Source: Tequatrovirus BCH953P2
DNA: 64,000 nucleotides
Sequence record: OZ035785.1
Reading direction: 5' to 3' (one strand)
Below, one piece after another: positions 29,271 to 37,225 of the stretch (position 1 is the first letter of the stretch; each line of letters begins with the position of its first letter). The notes beneath the pieces are model-generated. The model was not told the DNA's origin. It searched no databases and worked only from the letters and a program-made list of their open reading frames with translations. The position numbers and the translations under genes are program-made.

Positions 29271-29903
29271 TTAACCTTTATTCATAAAAGCATTAAAAAT
29301 TTGATCGTCAATAGAAACTTTTACTTTAGGCTGTTCTTCAAACGGTAATTCATATCCACATATTACAATTTTGTGATCGATACCAAAATACACAGAAGCA
29401 ATATTATTAATATTATTTTCAGTGAAATCTAAATCAACATCAATATCTTTTTGACTAACGCTCAAAGGATAATTAATACGAATAATTCGATTATCTTTAA
29501 CAAAGATTCCACCGACATACTCTGTGCTGCGTTTAAAGTTTACACGTTTCCTAAATGAAAAATATTCAGGTTCTTTATGGGCTCGACTCATAGGGCTTAA
29601 AGTGTATTCCGAATATGAAATATCAAATCCTACACCTTCAATATGAGCCAAAGTATCATGATTAAACCAATTATAATCGTATGCCAAATCCATTAAATTG
29701 TAATATGTGAAAGGCACCGGATTAACATCATATGTTGTACCTTTAAAATCTGCCCAGGCAACGATTTCGTTATCTTTAACAATTACAAAAATTGTGCCAA
29801 TAAGATATCTACGGTTATTTTCATCAGGTGTTATATTATAACATTGTGCATCAGGAAATTTACCGTATTTAAACGGTGGATTTTTGTGCATATAATAAAT
29901 CAT
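29271..29903 (-). CDS. Hypothetical protein (210 aa); position of T4 61.2
   Basis: Minus-strand ORF between sp and 61; donor of the duplicated C-terminal segment. Confidence 0.65.
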   Translation of the reverse strand: MIYYMHKNPPFKYGKFPDAQCYNITPDENNRRYLIGTIFVIVKDNEIVAWADFKGTTYDVNPVPFTYYNLMDLAYDYNWFNHDTLAHIEGVGFDISYSEYTLSPMSRAHKEPEYFSFRKRVNFKRSTEYVGGIFVKDNRIIRINYPLSVSQKDIDVDLDFTENNINNIASVYFGIDHKIVICGYELPFEEQPKVKVSIDDQIFNAFMNKG

Positions 29904-29904
29904 A

Positions 29905-30198
29905 TTATTCGCCTGTGATTTCGGTTACGATATTTTTGTTATTAAAGTTTTTATCGCAATACAGAACATAATTATACTGCATTACACCACCAGACTTAAG
30001 CTGTTTTTGCACTTCAGCTTTCATTTCAGGACGATCGCGCTCAACGATATTCATAATATCTGCTTCAATTTGGGTTTCAACCTCAGTCTGATCTGCAGTC
30101 ATAGACCATTCACATAAATCTTTATCATAGCCTGCCATAGCAGGCTGAGCAGCACAAGAAGCTAAAGCAAAAATTGTAGCAAAGATAAATTTTTTCAT
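29905..30198 (-). CDS. sp: Spackle (periplasmic lysozyme inhibitor, superinfection exclusion)
   Basis: 97 aa with signal peptide MKKFIFATIFALASCAAQPAMAG; size and position as T4 sp. Confidence 0.75.
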   Translation of the reverse strand: MKKFIFATIFALASCAAQPAMAGYDKDLCEWSMTADQTEVETQIEADIMNIVERDRPEMKAEVQKQLKSGGVMQYNYVLYCDKNFNNKNIVTEITGE

Positions 30199-30223
30199 GA
30201 TAATCTCCTCAGTAGTTTATGTT

Positions 30224-30256
30224 TATATAGTATCTCAATTTCCAACAAAAGTAAAC
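30224..30256 (-). promoter_or_regulatory. Early-type promoter upstream of sp
   Basis: GTTTAC with A/T-rich -10 on minus strand. Confidence 0.5.
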
Positions 30257-30258
30257 AG

Positions 30259-30558
30259 TTATTTTAAAACTTTTGCGTAATCACATGTTACAAACTGTTT
30301 CTCTAGCTTAACGATCTTACGAAAATACCTTTTACACTGACGAATCTGTCGCTTCGTAGGACGTACAGCAAACTTAATAAATTCCACTCTACCAAATGGA
30401 GGGCTTTCTTCTGCTGGAATATCTAGCACCAATTCCCATGTATCTGCAATAAGTGCTTTGAATTGCGTATTTTTCCTGACGTTATACGGAGTGGGTTTAA
30501 ATAAAACAATATGCATATTATCCTCGGCAATCCACTTCACATACTTTCTTGTCATCAA
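30259..30558 (-). CDS. Hypothetical protein (99 aa, or 85 aa from MHIVLF...); position of T4 61.4
   Basis: Basic protein between sp and 41. Confidence 0.55.
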   Translation of the reverse strand: MMTRKYVKWIAEDNMHIVLFKPTPYNVRKNTQFKALIADTWELVLDIPAEESPPFGRVEFIKFAVRPTKRQIRQCKRYFRKIVKLEKQFVTCDYAKVLK

Positions 30559-30712
30559 TGAAAGCTTTAACTAATGCTTTATTAACTTCAGCATACTGAG
30601 TAGTAGCCCATTGAACGTCATCTTTCATCATTGTGATTTCTTTAGTAAACATGCTTTCATTCTTAAACCACCCCATAAAAACTACCTTTACCAATTCCAT
30701 AACAATCTCCAC
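30518..30712 (-). CDS. Hypothetical protein (64 aa)
   Basis: Early promoter at 30731-30759 and RBS upstream. Confidence 0.5.
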   Translation of the reverse strand: MEIVMELVKVVFMGWFKNESMFTKEITMMKDDVQWATTQYAEVNKALVKAFIDDKKVCEVDCRG

Positions 30713-30730
30713 ATTTAACCAACAAGACTA

Positions 30731-30759
30731 CTATACCATAGTCTTGTCAGCTTGTAAAC
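30731..30759 (-). promoter_or_regulatory. T4 early promoter
   Basis: GTTTAC ... TATGGTATAG on minus strand, directly after gene 41 stop. Confidence 0.55.
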
Positions 30760-32186
30760 TAAAATTTTAATTCATTTGCCAAAGCATCTAACTGAGCTCG
30801 AGCTGATTCGTTTCTTTGATAGCGATTCTGTTCAGCCTGAATCTGTTGTGAACCTGCTACTTCGTTCACTTCAGTTGGAGTAGAATCTTGTTCAATTTCT
30901 ACCCATTTCTGATTTCCCTTTTGAACACCCATCAAAAACTTATTCCATTTGTTCTTATCGCCATATCGTGATTTGATTTGCTTAATGAGTTGTTGTTCAG
31001 CAGCTGCTAGCTCCTCGGTTTCAATGACCGCAAGCATAAAATCAGCTGTTGCTGGAAGACCAGCAGATTCTGCAATATCGCTCATGTTAACATCGGAAGA
31101 GTCCCAAGCTTGTTTACCAACCTGTGCTGCAGTCCAAAGAACAGTTTCGGTTTCAACAGCCAGAGCACGCAATTCCTCGGCAATAGCTTTAACAGTTGTG
31201 TAACTATTTTCTGAATAAACTCTAATGCGGCAAGATTTACAAATACCTAGATAGTCGACAATAATGATTGTTGGAACAAAATTCTTCTTGAGCTTCAATT
31301 CGTTTAAAAGTGATCGAAATGTATTAGCGTCTGCTCCACCAGTAGGATACTGTTTAACGATTAAACGACCAAGGGTAGATTTCTCACGCCATTTTTCCAT
31401 TTTTCCTTTATATTCAGCGTAAGAAATATGTCCATCATCAATATCGTCAAGAGAAACATCGAGCATGTTAGCATCAATACGTTTAGCACAGACTTCTTCT
31501 GCCATTTCCATGGAGATATAAAGAACGTTATGACCAAGCTGCAAATAATCTGCTGCTAATGAACAAAGTCCTAATGATTTACCAACGTTAACGCCAGCCA
31601 TTAAAACGTTCAGTGTTCCAGTCTCAGCTCCGCCTTTAGTAATTTTGTTTAGAATTCTGAGTTTAAATGGAACCTTACGAGCTTTATTCATATAAGATAG
31701 CCAACGCGCTTCGTAGTCATCCATCCAATCATGACCAACGTAACTATCAAATGAAATAGATAATGCCTGGCGCATGATGTCAGGAATAGCACCTACATCT
31801 GGCATTTTCTTATTTCGTTTTTCCGGAGGAAGCTCAGCATTAGTTTGAATTTCGATTATTTTAGACGTAGCATTAAACATCGCCCTTTGCTGAACATATT
31901 TTTCTGTTTCTTTTATTAACCAACTGTGGTCTTCCGGAGAATCAGCCAGTTTTGAAATAAGTGTTTTTACACCAGAATATTCTGTTTCAGTAAATGAACT
32001 ATTTTCTAATGCAACATTTAACGCATTAATAGATGGAACGCTATGATACTCATTAACATGAGATTTAATTAATTTGAATGTATTTTTAGCTGGACCACTT
32101 TCAAAATATTCTGAATCCATATATGGCCAAACTTTTGAAAAATAAGCTTGATCAAATATGAGATGAGAAAGAATAATTTCTACCAC
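30759..32186 (-). CDS. 41: gp41 replicative DNA helicase (DnaB-like)
   Basis: 475 aa (T4 gp41 is 475 aa); Walker A GVNVGKS. Confidence 0.9.
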   Translation of the reverse strand: MVEIILSHLIFDQAYFSKVWPYMDSEYFESGPAKNTFKLIKSHVNEYHSVPSINALNVALENSSFTETEYSGVKTLISKLADSPEDHSWLIKETEKYVQQRAMFNATSKIIEIQTNAELPPEKRNKKMPDVGAIPDIMRQALSISFDSYVGHDWMDDYEARWLSYMNKARKVPFKLRILNKITKGGAETGTLNVLMAGVNVGKSLGLCSLAADYLQLGHNVLYISMEMAEEVCAKRIDANMLDVSLDDIDDGHISYAEYKGKMEKWREKSTLGRLIVKQYPTGGADANTFRSLLNELKLKKNFVPTIIIVDYLGICKSCRIRVYSENSYTTVKAIAEELRALAVETETVLWTAAQVGKQAWDSSDVNMSDIAESAGLPATADFMLAVIETEELAAAEQQLIKQIKSRYGDKNKWNKFLMGVQKGNQKWVEIEQDSTPTEVNEVAGSQQIQAEQNRYQRNESARAQLDALANELKF

Positions 32187-32195
32187 ACTTACTCC

Positions 32196-32558
32196 TTAAA
32201 AGAATTTAAATTTTTTCTTTGACCTTTTATTAAATGCATCTTGCAGTTGCATTGTAATACATTTTTCTACATGAGGAGCTAACTCAGCTTTTCTTTCTTG
32301 GTCAAGAACAGCAAAGTCCATTACAACCTTTCCATCAACCCAATCTAATTTTGTCACATACACAATGTGTGTAGAACCATCTTCTAGTTTAATGACAATC
32401 TCCTGGATAACATTTTCCATAGCAGATTTAATTATCTTAAGAGACTCATTAAAAAGACGTTCTTTTCTTTCTTCTTCCCCCTCCGAAGAGGGGGATTCAT
32501 CGATAATTTCTAGATCTAAATCTAAATCATCTTTATTCATTAAATTCTTCCATATCAC
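32196..32558 (-). CDS. 40: gp40 head vertex assembly chaperone
   Basis: 120 aa, acidic; position between uvsX and 41. Confidence 0.65.
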   Translation of the reverse strand: MIWKNLMNKDDLDLDLEIIDESPSSEGEEERKERLFNESLKIIKSAMENVIQEIVIKLEDGSTHIVYVTKLDWVDGKVVMDFAVLDQERKAELAPHVEKCITMQLQDAFNKRSKKKFKFF

Positions 32559-33714
32559 TTAACTGTTCGAGGTCAGTTTCTAAATCAGCAGCTGATTTAC
32601 TTTTACTTTCTGGGGATTTAAATTTTTCAACTTTTGAGTTAATCAATTCATCAACTTCCGCTTCAACAATTTCATTACTATCAATAGCACCTAACTGATA
32701 AGCACGTTTAATAGCATCTCGGAATGGTTGATGCTTAAATAAAGGACCCCAGAATGTAGTGCAGTTGGTATCTTTTGCACGCCAAGATTTTTCTTCGCGA
32801 ATCATCTCACCGGTTTCTTCATCAAGAAATTCACGGGCATACCAGCCATTTTTAGGTTTTACTACAAATCCTAATTCTAGTGCCATATCTAACAATCCAG
32901 AATAAGGATCGATACCACCGTCAAATTTAACATCAATAAAGAATTTACTTTTTTCTTTAACGGTACGAGATTTTTCTACATTTAGAACAAATTGATACCC
33001 CTGAAGATCAGAACCATCTTTAATTTGACGTTTACCGATAATGAATACAGTATCAGCCGAATACATTACGCCTGTACCGCCTGTCATCACGGTTTTACTA
33101 AACATTTCAATTGTTTCAATTGTATGGTTAACCGCAACGCACGGAATATTTTTAATGCTAAAATAAGGAGTAACAATACGGAATAATGACTTCAGTGATT
33201 TAGCACGAGTCATATCTGCCACAGATTTTTCATTCAAGGCATCTTCCGTTTCTTTCTTAGAAGCCATATTACCGATTGAGTCGATGAATACAATAACCTT
33301 TTCACCACGCTCAATAGCTTCAAGCTGATTCACCATATCAATTTTCAGTTGTTCAACTGACTGGATTGGTGTATGAATTACTCGTTCCGGGTCAACTCCC
33401 ATAGATCGCAAATAAGCTGGAGTGATACCAAATTCGCTATCATAGAATAGACAAACCGCGTCAGGATATTTGTTCAAATATGCCGCAACCATAGTCAAAG
33501 ACATATTTGATTTAAAGTGTTTAGAAGGCCCTGCGAAAATAGTTAAACCAGACTGCATGCCGCCATCAATCGCACCAGAAATAGCAATATTAAGCATTGG
33601 GATTTTTGTACGGATTACATCCTTTTCATTAAAGAATTTAGATGTAGTCAGTTCAGCAGTCATTTTAGAAGTGGAAGCTTTAATCAAACGGGATTTTAAA
33701 TCTGCAATAGACAT
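32533..33714 (-). CDS. uvsX: UvsX recombinase (RecA-like)
   Basis: 393 aa; MSIADLKSRLIKASTSKMTAELTTSKFFNEKD... matches recollection of T4 UvsX; Walker A GPSKHFKS. Confidence 0.9.
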   Translation of the reverse strand: MSIADLKSRLIKASTSKMTAELTTSKFFNEKDVIRTKIPMLNIAISGAIDGGMQSGLTIFAGPSKHFKSNMSLTMVAAYLNKYPDAVCLFYDSEFGITPAYLRSMGVDPERVIHTPIQSVEQLKIDMVNQLEAIERGEKVIVFIDSIGNMASKKETEDALNEKSVADMTRAKSLKSLFRIVTPYFSIKNIPCVAVNHTIETIEMFSKTVMTGGTGVMYSADTVFIIGKRQIKDGSDLQGYQFVLNVEKSRTVKEKSKFFIDVKFDGGIDPYSGLLDMALELGFVVKPKNGWYAREFLDEETGEMIREEKSWRAKDTNCTTFWGPLFKHQPFRDAIKRAYQLGAIDSNEIVEAEVDELINSKVEKFKSPESKSKSAADLETDLEQLSDMEEFNE

Positions 33715-33791
33715 TCATTTTTTCCATAGGCATCATTATATTTTCCTCACTGGTTAAAGATAGAGTAATTATAACACAATAAATTTAGGCA

Positions 33792-34634
33792 TTAATCAAC
33801 TGCTATTGGATGAATAGCATTAAACTTATGAAATGCTTCTGATTTTTCTTTACGCGAAACACACATGCGAAGAACCTTTAACGGCTCGTCTTCTTCACCC
33901 AACGATTTTCGTTTTTCAATATTAGAAGTTTTCCAACGAGCTTGCTCTGGAAACTCTCTATTGATTTGTTCAAGCGCTCTATTATGTTTAGAATTACTGC
34001 GAATTGAACTGCACCCGCCAGGAGCTTGTGCTTTTCCAGATACAACCAGATATTTGAACAAGGCCAAATGCGGATAACCTTGATTAATTAAATTGAGAAA
34101 TGCATACATATCTTCGCATAAATCAATTTTTCCATACCCAATTTGTTCTGTGGTAAGTTTTCCGAGGTCATACCATGTATTCGTGAATCCGTATGAATTT
34201 TCACGATAATTACCCCAAGATGAAGTAATTTTAAAAATTGGTAGACGAGCATGACCGTGATAATACCCGCAATCCATGGCATCTTCAACGTATTGAATCA
34301 ATTCATAGAACTGTTCACGAGTTAATTGATTAATTTTATCTACACATCGGCGATCATCTCTTTTTCGCATTGAACTCATACGAATAGTAGTATCATCGTC
34401 AATCATCCAGATTCGTTGACCTGCATACATATCAGTAATTGCTTTACGAGTACCGGCAATTCCATTTACATCATCAGGAATAGTTACAATTTTAGCTCTA
34501 GACCCATAGGCATCATAATAAGCTTTTTCTTCGTGTTCACGCACTACAATATGTGGTTCATAATCAGTCGGAAACATATCAAGGGCAGAAACTGCCCCTA
34601 CACGTTGATAGCTTGGAATTACGAATTGAATCAT
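33792..34634 (-). CDS. Putative DNA-modifying glycosyltransferase (GT-A-like, DXD motif), replacing T4 beta-gt
   Basis: 280 aa with RIWMIDDD; T4 beta-gt is 351 aa, so this is a different enzyme, possibly the T2/T6-type beta-glucosyl-alpha-glucose transferase (inference). Confidence 0.55.
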   Translation of the reverse strand: MIQFVIPSYQRVGAVSALDMFPTDYEPHIVVREHEEKAYYDAYGSRAKIVTIPDDVNGIAGTRKAITDMYAGQRIWMIDDDTTIRMSSMRKRDDRRCVDKINQLTREQFYELIQYVEDAMDCGYYHGHARLPIFKITSSWGNYRENSYGFTNTWYDLGKLTTEQIGYGKIDLCEDMYAFLNLINQGYPHLALFKYLVVSGKAQAPGGCSSIRSNSKHNRALEQINREFPEQARWKTSNIEKRKSLGEEDEPLKVLRMCVSRKEKSEAFHKFNAIHPIAVD

Positions 34635-35271
34635 TTAAGTGCCTTACATTTGTCAAAATGGTATCTTGTCATATTTGGCCCACGTCCTTTTAGTCCGCAA
34701 TGCGGACATATTTTTTCTATCAAATTATGAGGTTTTCCTTTACGATTTTTAGACATCGTTTCTTTAATTATTTTAGCTTTTTCTGCGCCAAAAATTTCTT
34801 CATAAGTTTTACCAGAATTTTCCTTTGCTCGATTTATAATTCCATATGCCTGCTCATTTTTACCATACATTGGATTACCTTCGCCTTTCATTCTTTTAGA
34901 ATGATCAGGACGCTTGATTCCACGAAAGGCATTTCCGCACTTATATCTTTCTTCTGGAGATAGTTTTTACCGTACATTCCATTTAATTTGCCTGGAAAAC
35001 TTCCTCCCCATGCTTCATTCTTTAAATTATATGAATCCGGACAATTAGCAGCATCTAAACAAGTTAAAATAATTTCTTCAACCTGTCTAAACATTGGTCC
35101 TTCATATAATATTTCTTTATTAAAGGATTTTATTCCATATTTCTTTTTAGCATGTTGCCAAACTACACCCGAACCATCATAATTCGGGTTGTGACCATCA
35201 TGACTTCCTATATACCACTTTTTAGTTTTAGGATGTTTATACTTATAAACATGTGGCACATTTACTTCCAT
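34631..35271 (-). pseudogene. GIY-YIG homing endonuclease gene split by a 1-nt frameshift
   Basis: N-terminal ORF 34888..35271 has YKYKHPKTKKWYIGS; C-terminal frame open 34631..34966 has repeated G-x-x-x-GK-x-H motifs and a CPHCG zinc finger; frames join if the T5 run at 34964-34968 gains one base. Confidence 0.65.
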
Positions 35272-36002
35272 TTTCCAGTATAATCCTTTTTAGCAATATG
35301 AGTCTCACCGGTGTTCCACCAATGGTCAACTAAATAAAACTGATTTTCGTACACATGAAGACTTCCAACGTTCCATATAATAGAACCTGCTTTATATTGC
35401 CGCGATGGGTCGCCTGCATTCAAATCAGATACTAATTTATCTAGTACGTATTTTTGCCAAGCATAATCATTACGATAGCCTGCCCAGCAATCATTGCTTC
35501 TCATGCTAACAACCGCATTGACTTTCTTATCACGAATCAGGTACTGTACTGTATTAGTACACATGAAATCTGACATACCATCTTTATTGTAGTCAAATTG
35601 CATGGATGGACGAGTATAAATCATGATACCACGTCGAGAATCAGGATTTTGACCAAGTTCAGCTAAACACATGTCATATTGAGCATAGTTATCTTCTGAC
35701 CAGATAGCCCAACCATAATTCGAGTTAATTTCGCCTTTAGAAGATGCTACCTGCTGCCAAATCTTTGGTGTTTCACCTGGAATATCTTTAACAAACAAGC
35801 TCTTAGATTTATACCATTCAAGTTCGCGCTGAATGTATTCATCATTAAGAGCGCCAAAAATAAACGGTTCATCTGCTACAAATGATGCGCCAATAATTTC
35901 AATAGTTTTAACACCGGTTTTATCAACTACGAAATCTTTTTCTTTTAATGCAAGCCCCAAATGAAGACGGATTTCTTCAACTGTCATAGAGTCACTAATC
36001 AT
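35262..36002 (-). CDS. 42: gp42 dCMP hydroxymethylase
   Basis: 246 aa (T4 gp42 is 246 aa); thymidylate-synthase-like fold. Confidence 0.9.
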   Translation of the reverse strand: MISDSMTVEEIRLHLGLALKEKDFVVDKTGVKTIEIIGASFVADEPFIFGALNDEYIQRELEWYKSKSLFVKDIPGETPKIWQQVASSKGEINSNYGWAIWSEDNYAQYDMCLAELGQNPDSRRGIMIYTRPSMQFDYNKDGMSDFMCTNTVQYLIRDKKVNAVVSMRSNDCWAGYRNDYAWQKYVLDKLVSDLNAGDPSRQYKAGSIIWNVGSLHVYENQFYLVDHWWNTGETHIAKKDYTGKWK

Positions 36003-36009
36003 TTAAACC

Positions 36010-36159
36010 TCAATTGATACATTCATATTTAACTTGTAACAGTAATAAACCCCAACCTAAAATAATAGTTGGAATCATAAGAGGAACCGTTACACTATAG
36101 TATATACTTATTATAATCATCAAGATTAAAAGCAACACTGCTATAATTTTGCTTTTCAT
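36010..36159 (-). CDS. Small membrane protein (49 aa)
   Basis: MKSKIIAVLLLILMIIISIYYSVTVPLMIPTIILGWG...; ATGA overlap with imm stop. Confidence 0.5.
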   Translation of the reverse strand: MKSKIIAVLLLILMIIISIYYSVTVPLMIPTIILGWGLLLLQVKYECIN

Positions 36160-36407
36160 TCCTTCTCTCTGATGATAATTACCTGATTTGGTTGTGCAGA
36201 CTTTTTAGTTTCACCCGCAATTGACCAAATAAATGTAATAAACCAACCAATAATTGACCAGTTAAACAGTAAAGATGTGAAAAAGATTCCTACTGTCGAT
36301 TTTGACCCACGCATCAAGGCGATAAACCATGGAAGCATGTATATAATAATAGCCAACACACCTGAAACTAAAACCATAAAAATTGAACCTGCTACTAAAG
36401 TTTCCAT
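36156..36407 (-). CDS. imm: Imm immunity (superinfection exclusion) membrane protein
   Basis: 83 aa (T4 Imm is 83 aa), two TM segments, position between 42 and 43. Confidence 0.8.
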   Translation of the reverse strand: METLVAGSIFMVLVSGVLAIIIYMLPWFIALMRGSKSTVGIFFTSLLFNWSIIGWFITFIWSIAGETKKSAQPNQVIIIREKE

Positions 36408-36414
36408 GTTTTCC

Positions 36415-36795
36415 TCACTTAGTCAAATTTTTTACACATGAATTATAAGAATTCACTACATACTCCATCGGAGCATTTTTACCAGTACGCCATTGGTAAT
36501 TATTAGCCCAATTAGCCCAAATTTCGGCGCAGTAGTTTTCAATTTTTTCTTCGCGTGTAATTACATCAGAATTACGATATGCTTGAGCAGATTCATCTGG
36601 ACGAATAGCTTCGTCAAAATTCGCCTGCATTTGTTCGACTGTTTGCTTTGGAGCTTCTTTATAACACTTGACATTAGGATTATAAAATTTGCTTGAACAG
36701 TTTACAATTTTTCCTACATCAGACTGATTTACTACCGGTCCTTGAGCTACACAACCAGTAAGACCTAATGCAATAACCAAAATAGCGATTTTCAT
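36415..36795 (-). CDS. Putative lipoprotein (126 aa)
   Basis: Signal peptide with lipobox LTGC (MKIAILVIALGLTGCVAQG). Confidence 0.6.
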   Translation of the reverse strand: MKIAILVIALGLTGCVAQGPVVNQSDVGKIVNCSSKFYNPNVKCYKEAPKQTVEQMQANFDEAIRPDESAQAYRNSDVITREEKIENYCAEIWANWANNYQWRTGKNAPMEYVVNSYNSCVKNLTK

Positions 36796-36805
36796 AATAA
36801 TTTCC

Positions 36806-37054
36806 TCAAATGCAAGTAGTAATTACTCCAGTAGTGCTTATGCAGGTATTACCCATTTGCACACCTAAAGATCCATTTGTATTCACATGAAGATTATCAT
36901 CAATTTTAACTGATATTTTACCATTAGTGTGAATAACGGTGCTAGATTCAATCACAGGTTGAGTATCATTTTCAACACTAACAAATGGAACTGCTGCTAA
37001 TGCAACTAAACACACTGCTAAGCAACCATAAACAATTTTCATTTCATTCTCCAA
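36806..37054 (-). CDS. Secreted/membrane small protein (82 aa)
   Basis: N-terminal signal-like hydrophobic segment; early promoter upstream. Confidence 0.55.
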   Translation of the reverse strand: MENEMKIVYGCLAVCLVALAAVPFVSVENDTQPVIESSTVIHTNGKISVKIDDNLHVNTNGSLGVQMGNTCISTTGVITTCI

Positions 37055-37078
37055 ATCCGTATCAGTAGTTGATAGTTG

Positions 37079-37109
37079 TATAGTACCATAGAAGAACAGG
37101 GATGTAAAC
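37079..37109 (-). promoter_or_regulatory. T4 early promoter
   Basis: GTTTAC ... TATGGTACTATAC on minus strand. Confidence 0.65.
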
Positions 37110-37191
37110 AGTTTTGTGAAAATTTTTTAGGGAATCCAAAGGGTCCAGAATCATCTCTTTTTCATAAGTATAGATTTATATTACTTGTATG

Positions 37192-37212
37192 AAAAAGGGA
37201 CCTGGAGGTCCC
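37192..37212 (-). terminator. Rho-independent terminator downstream of gene 43
   Basis: GGGACCTCCAGGTCCC followed on minus strand by TTTTTC; a second AT-rich hairpin follows. Confidence 0.6.
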
Positions 37213-37225
37213 TAGATTTATTCTA

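Noticed and set aside
36108-36147. Plus-strand TATAAT and TGCTATAAT matches inside the 49-aa ORF upstream of imm
   Set aside because: No -35 or MotA box at correct spacing; TATAAT-like hexamers are expected by chance at this AT content.
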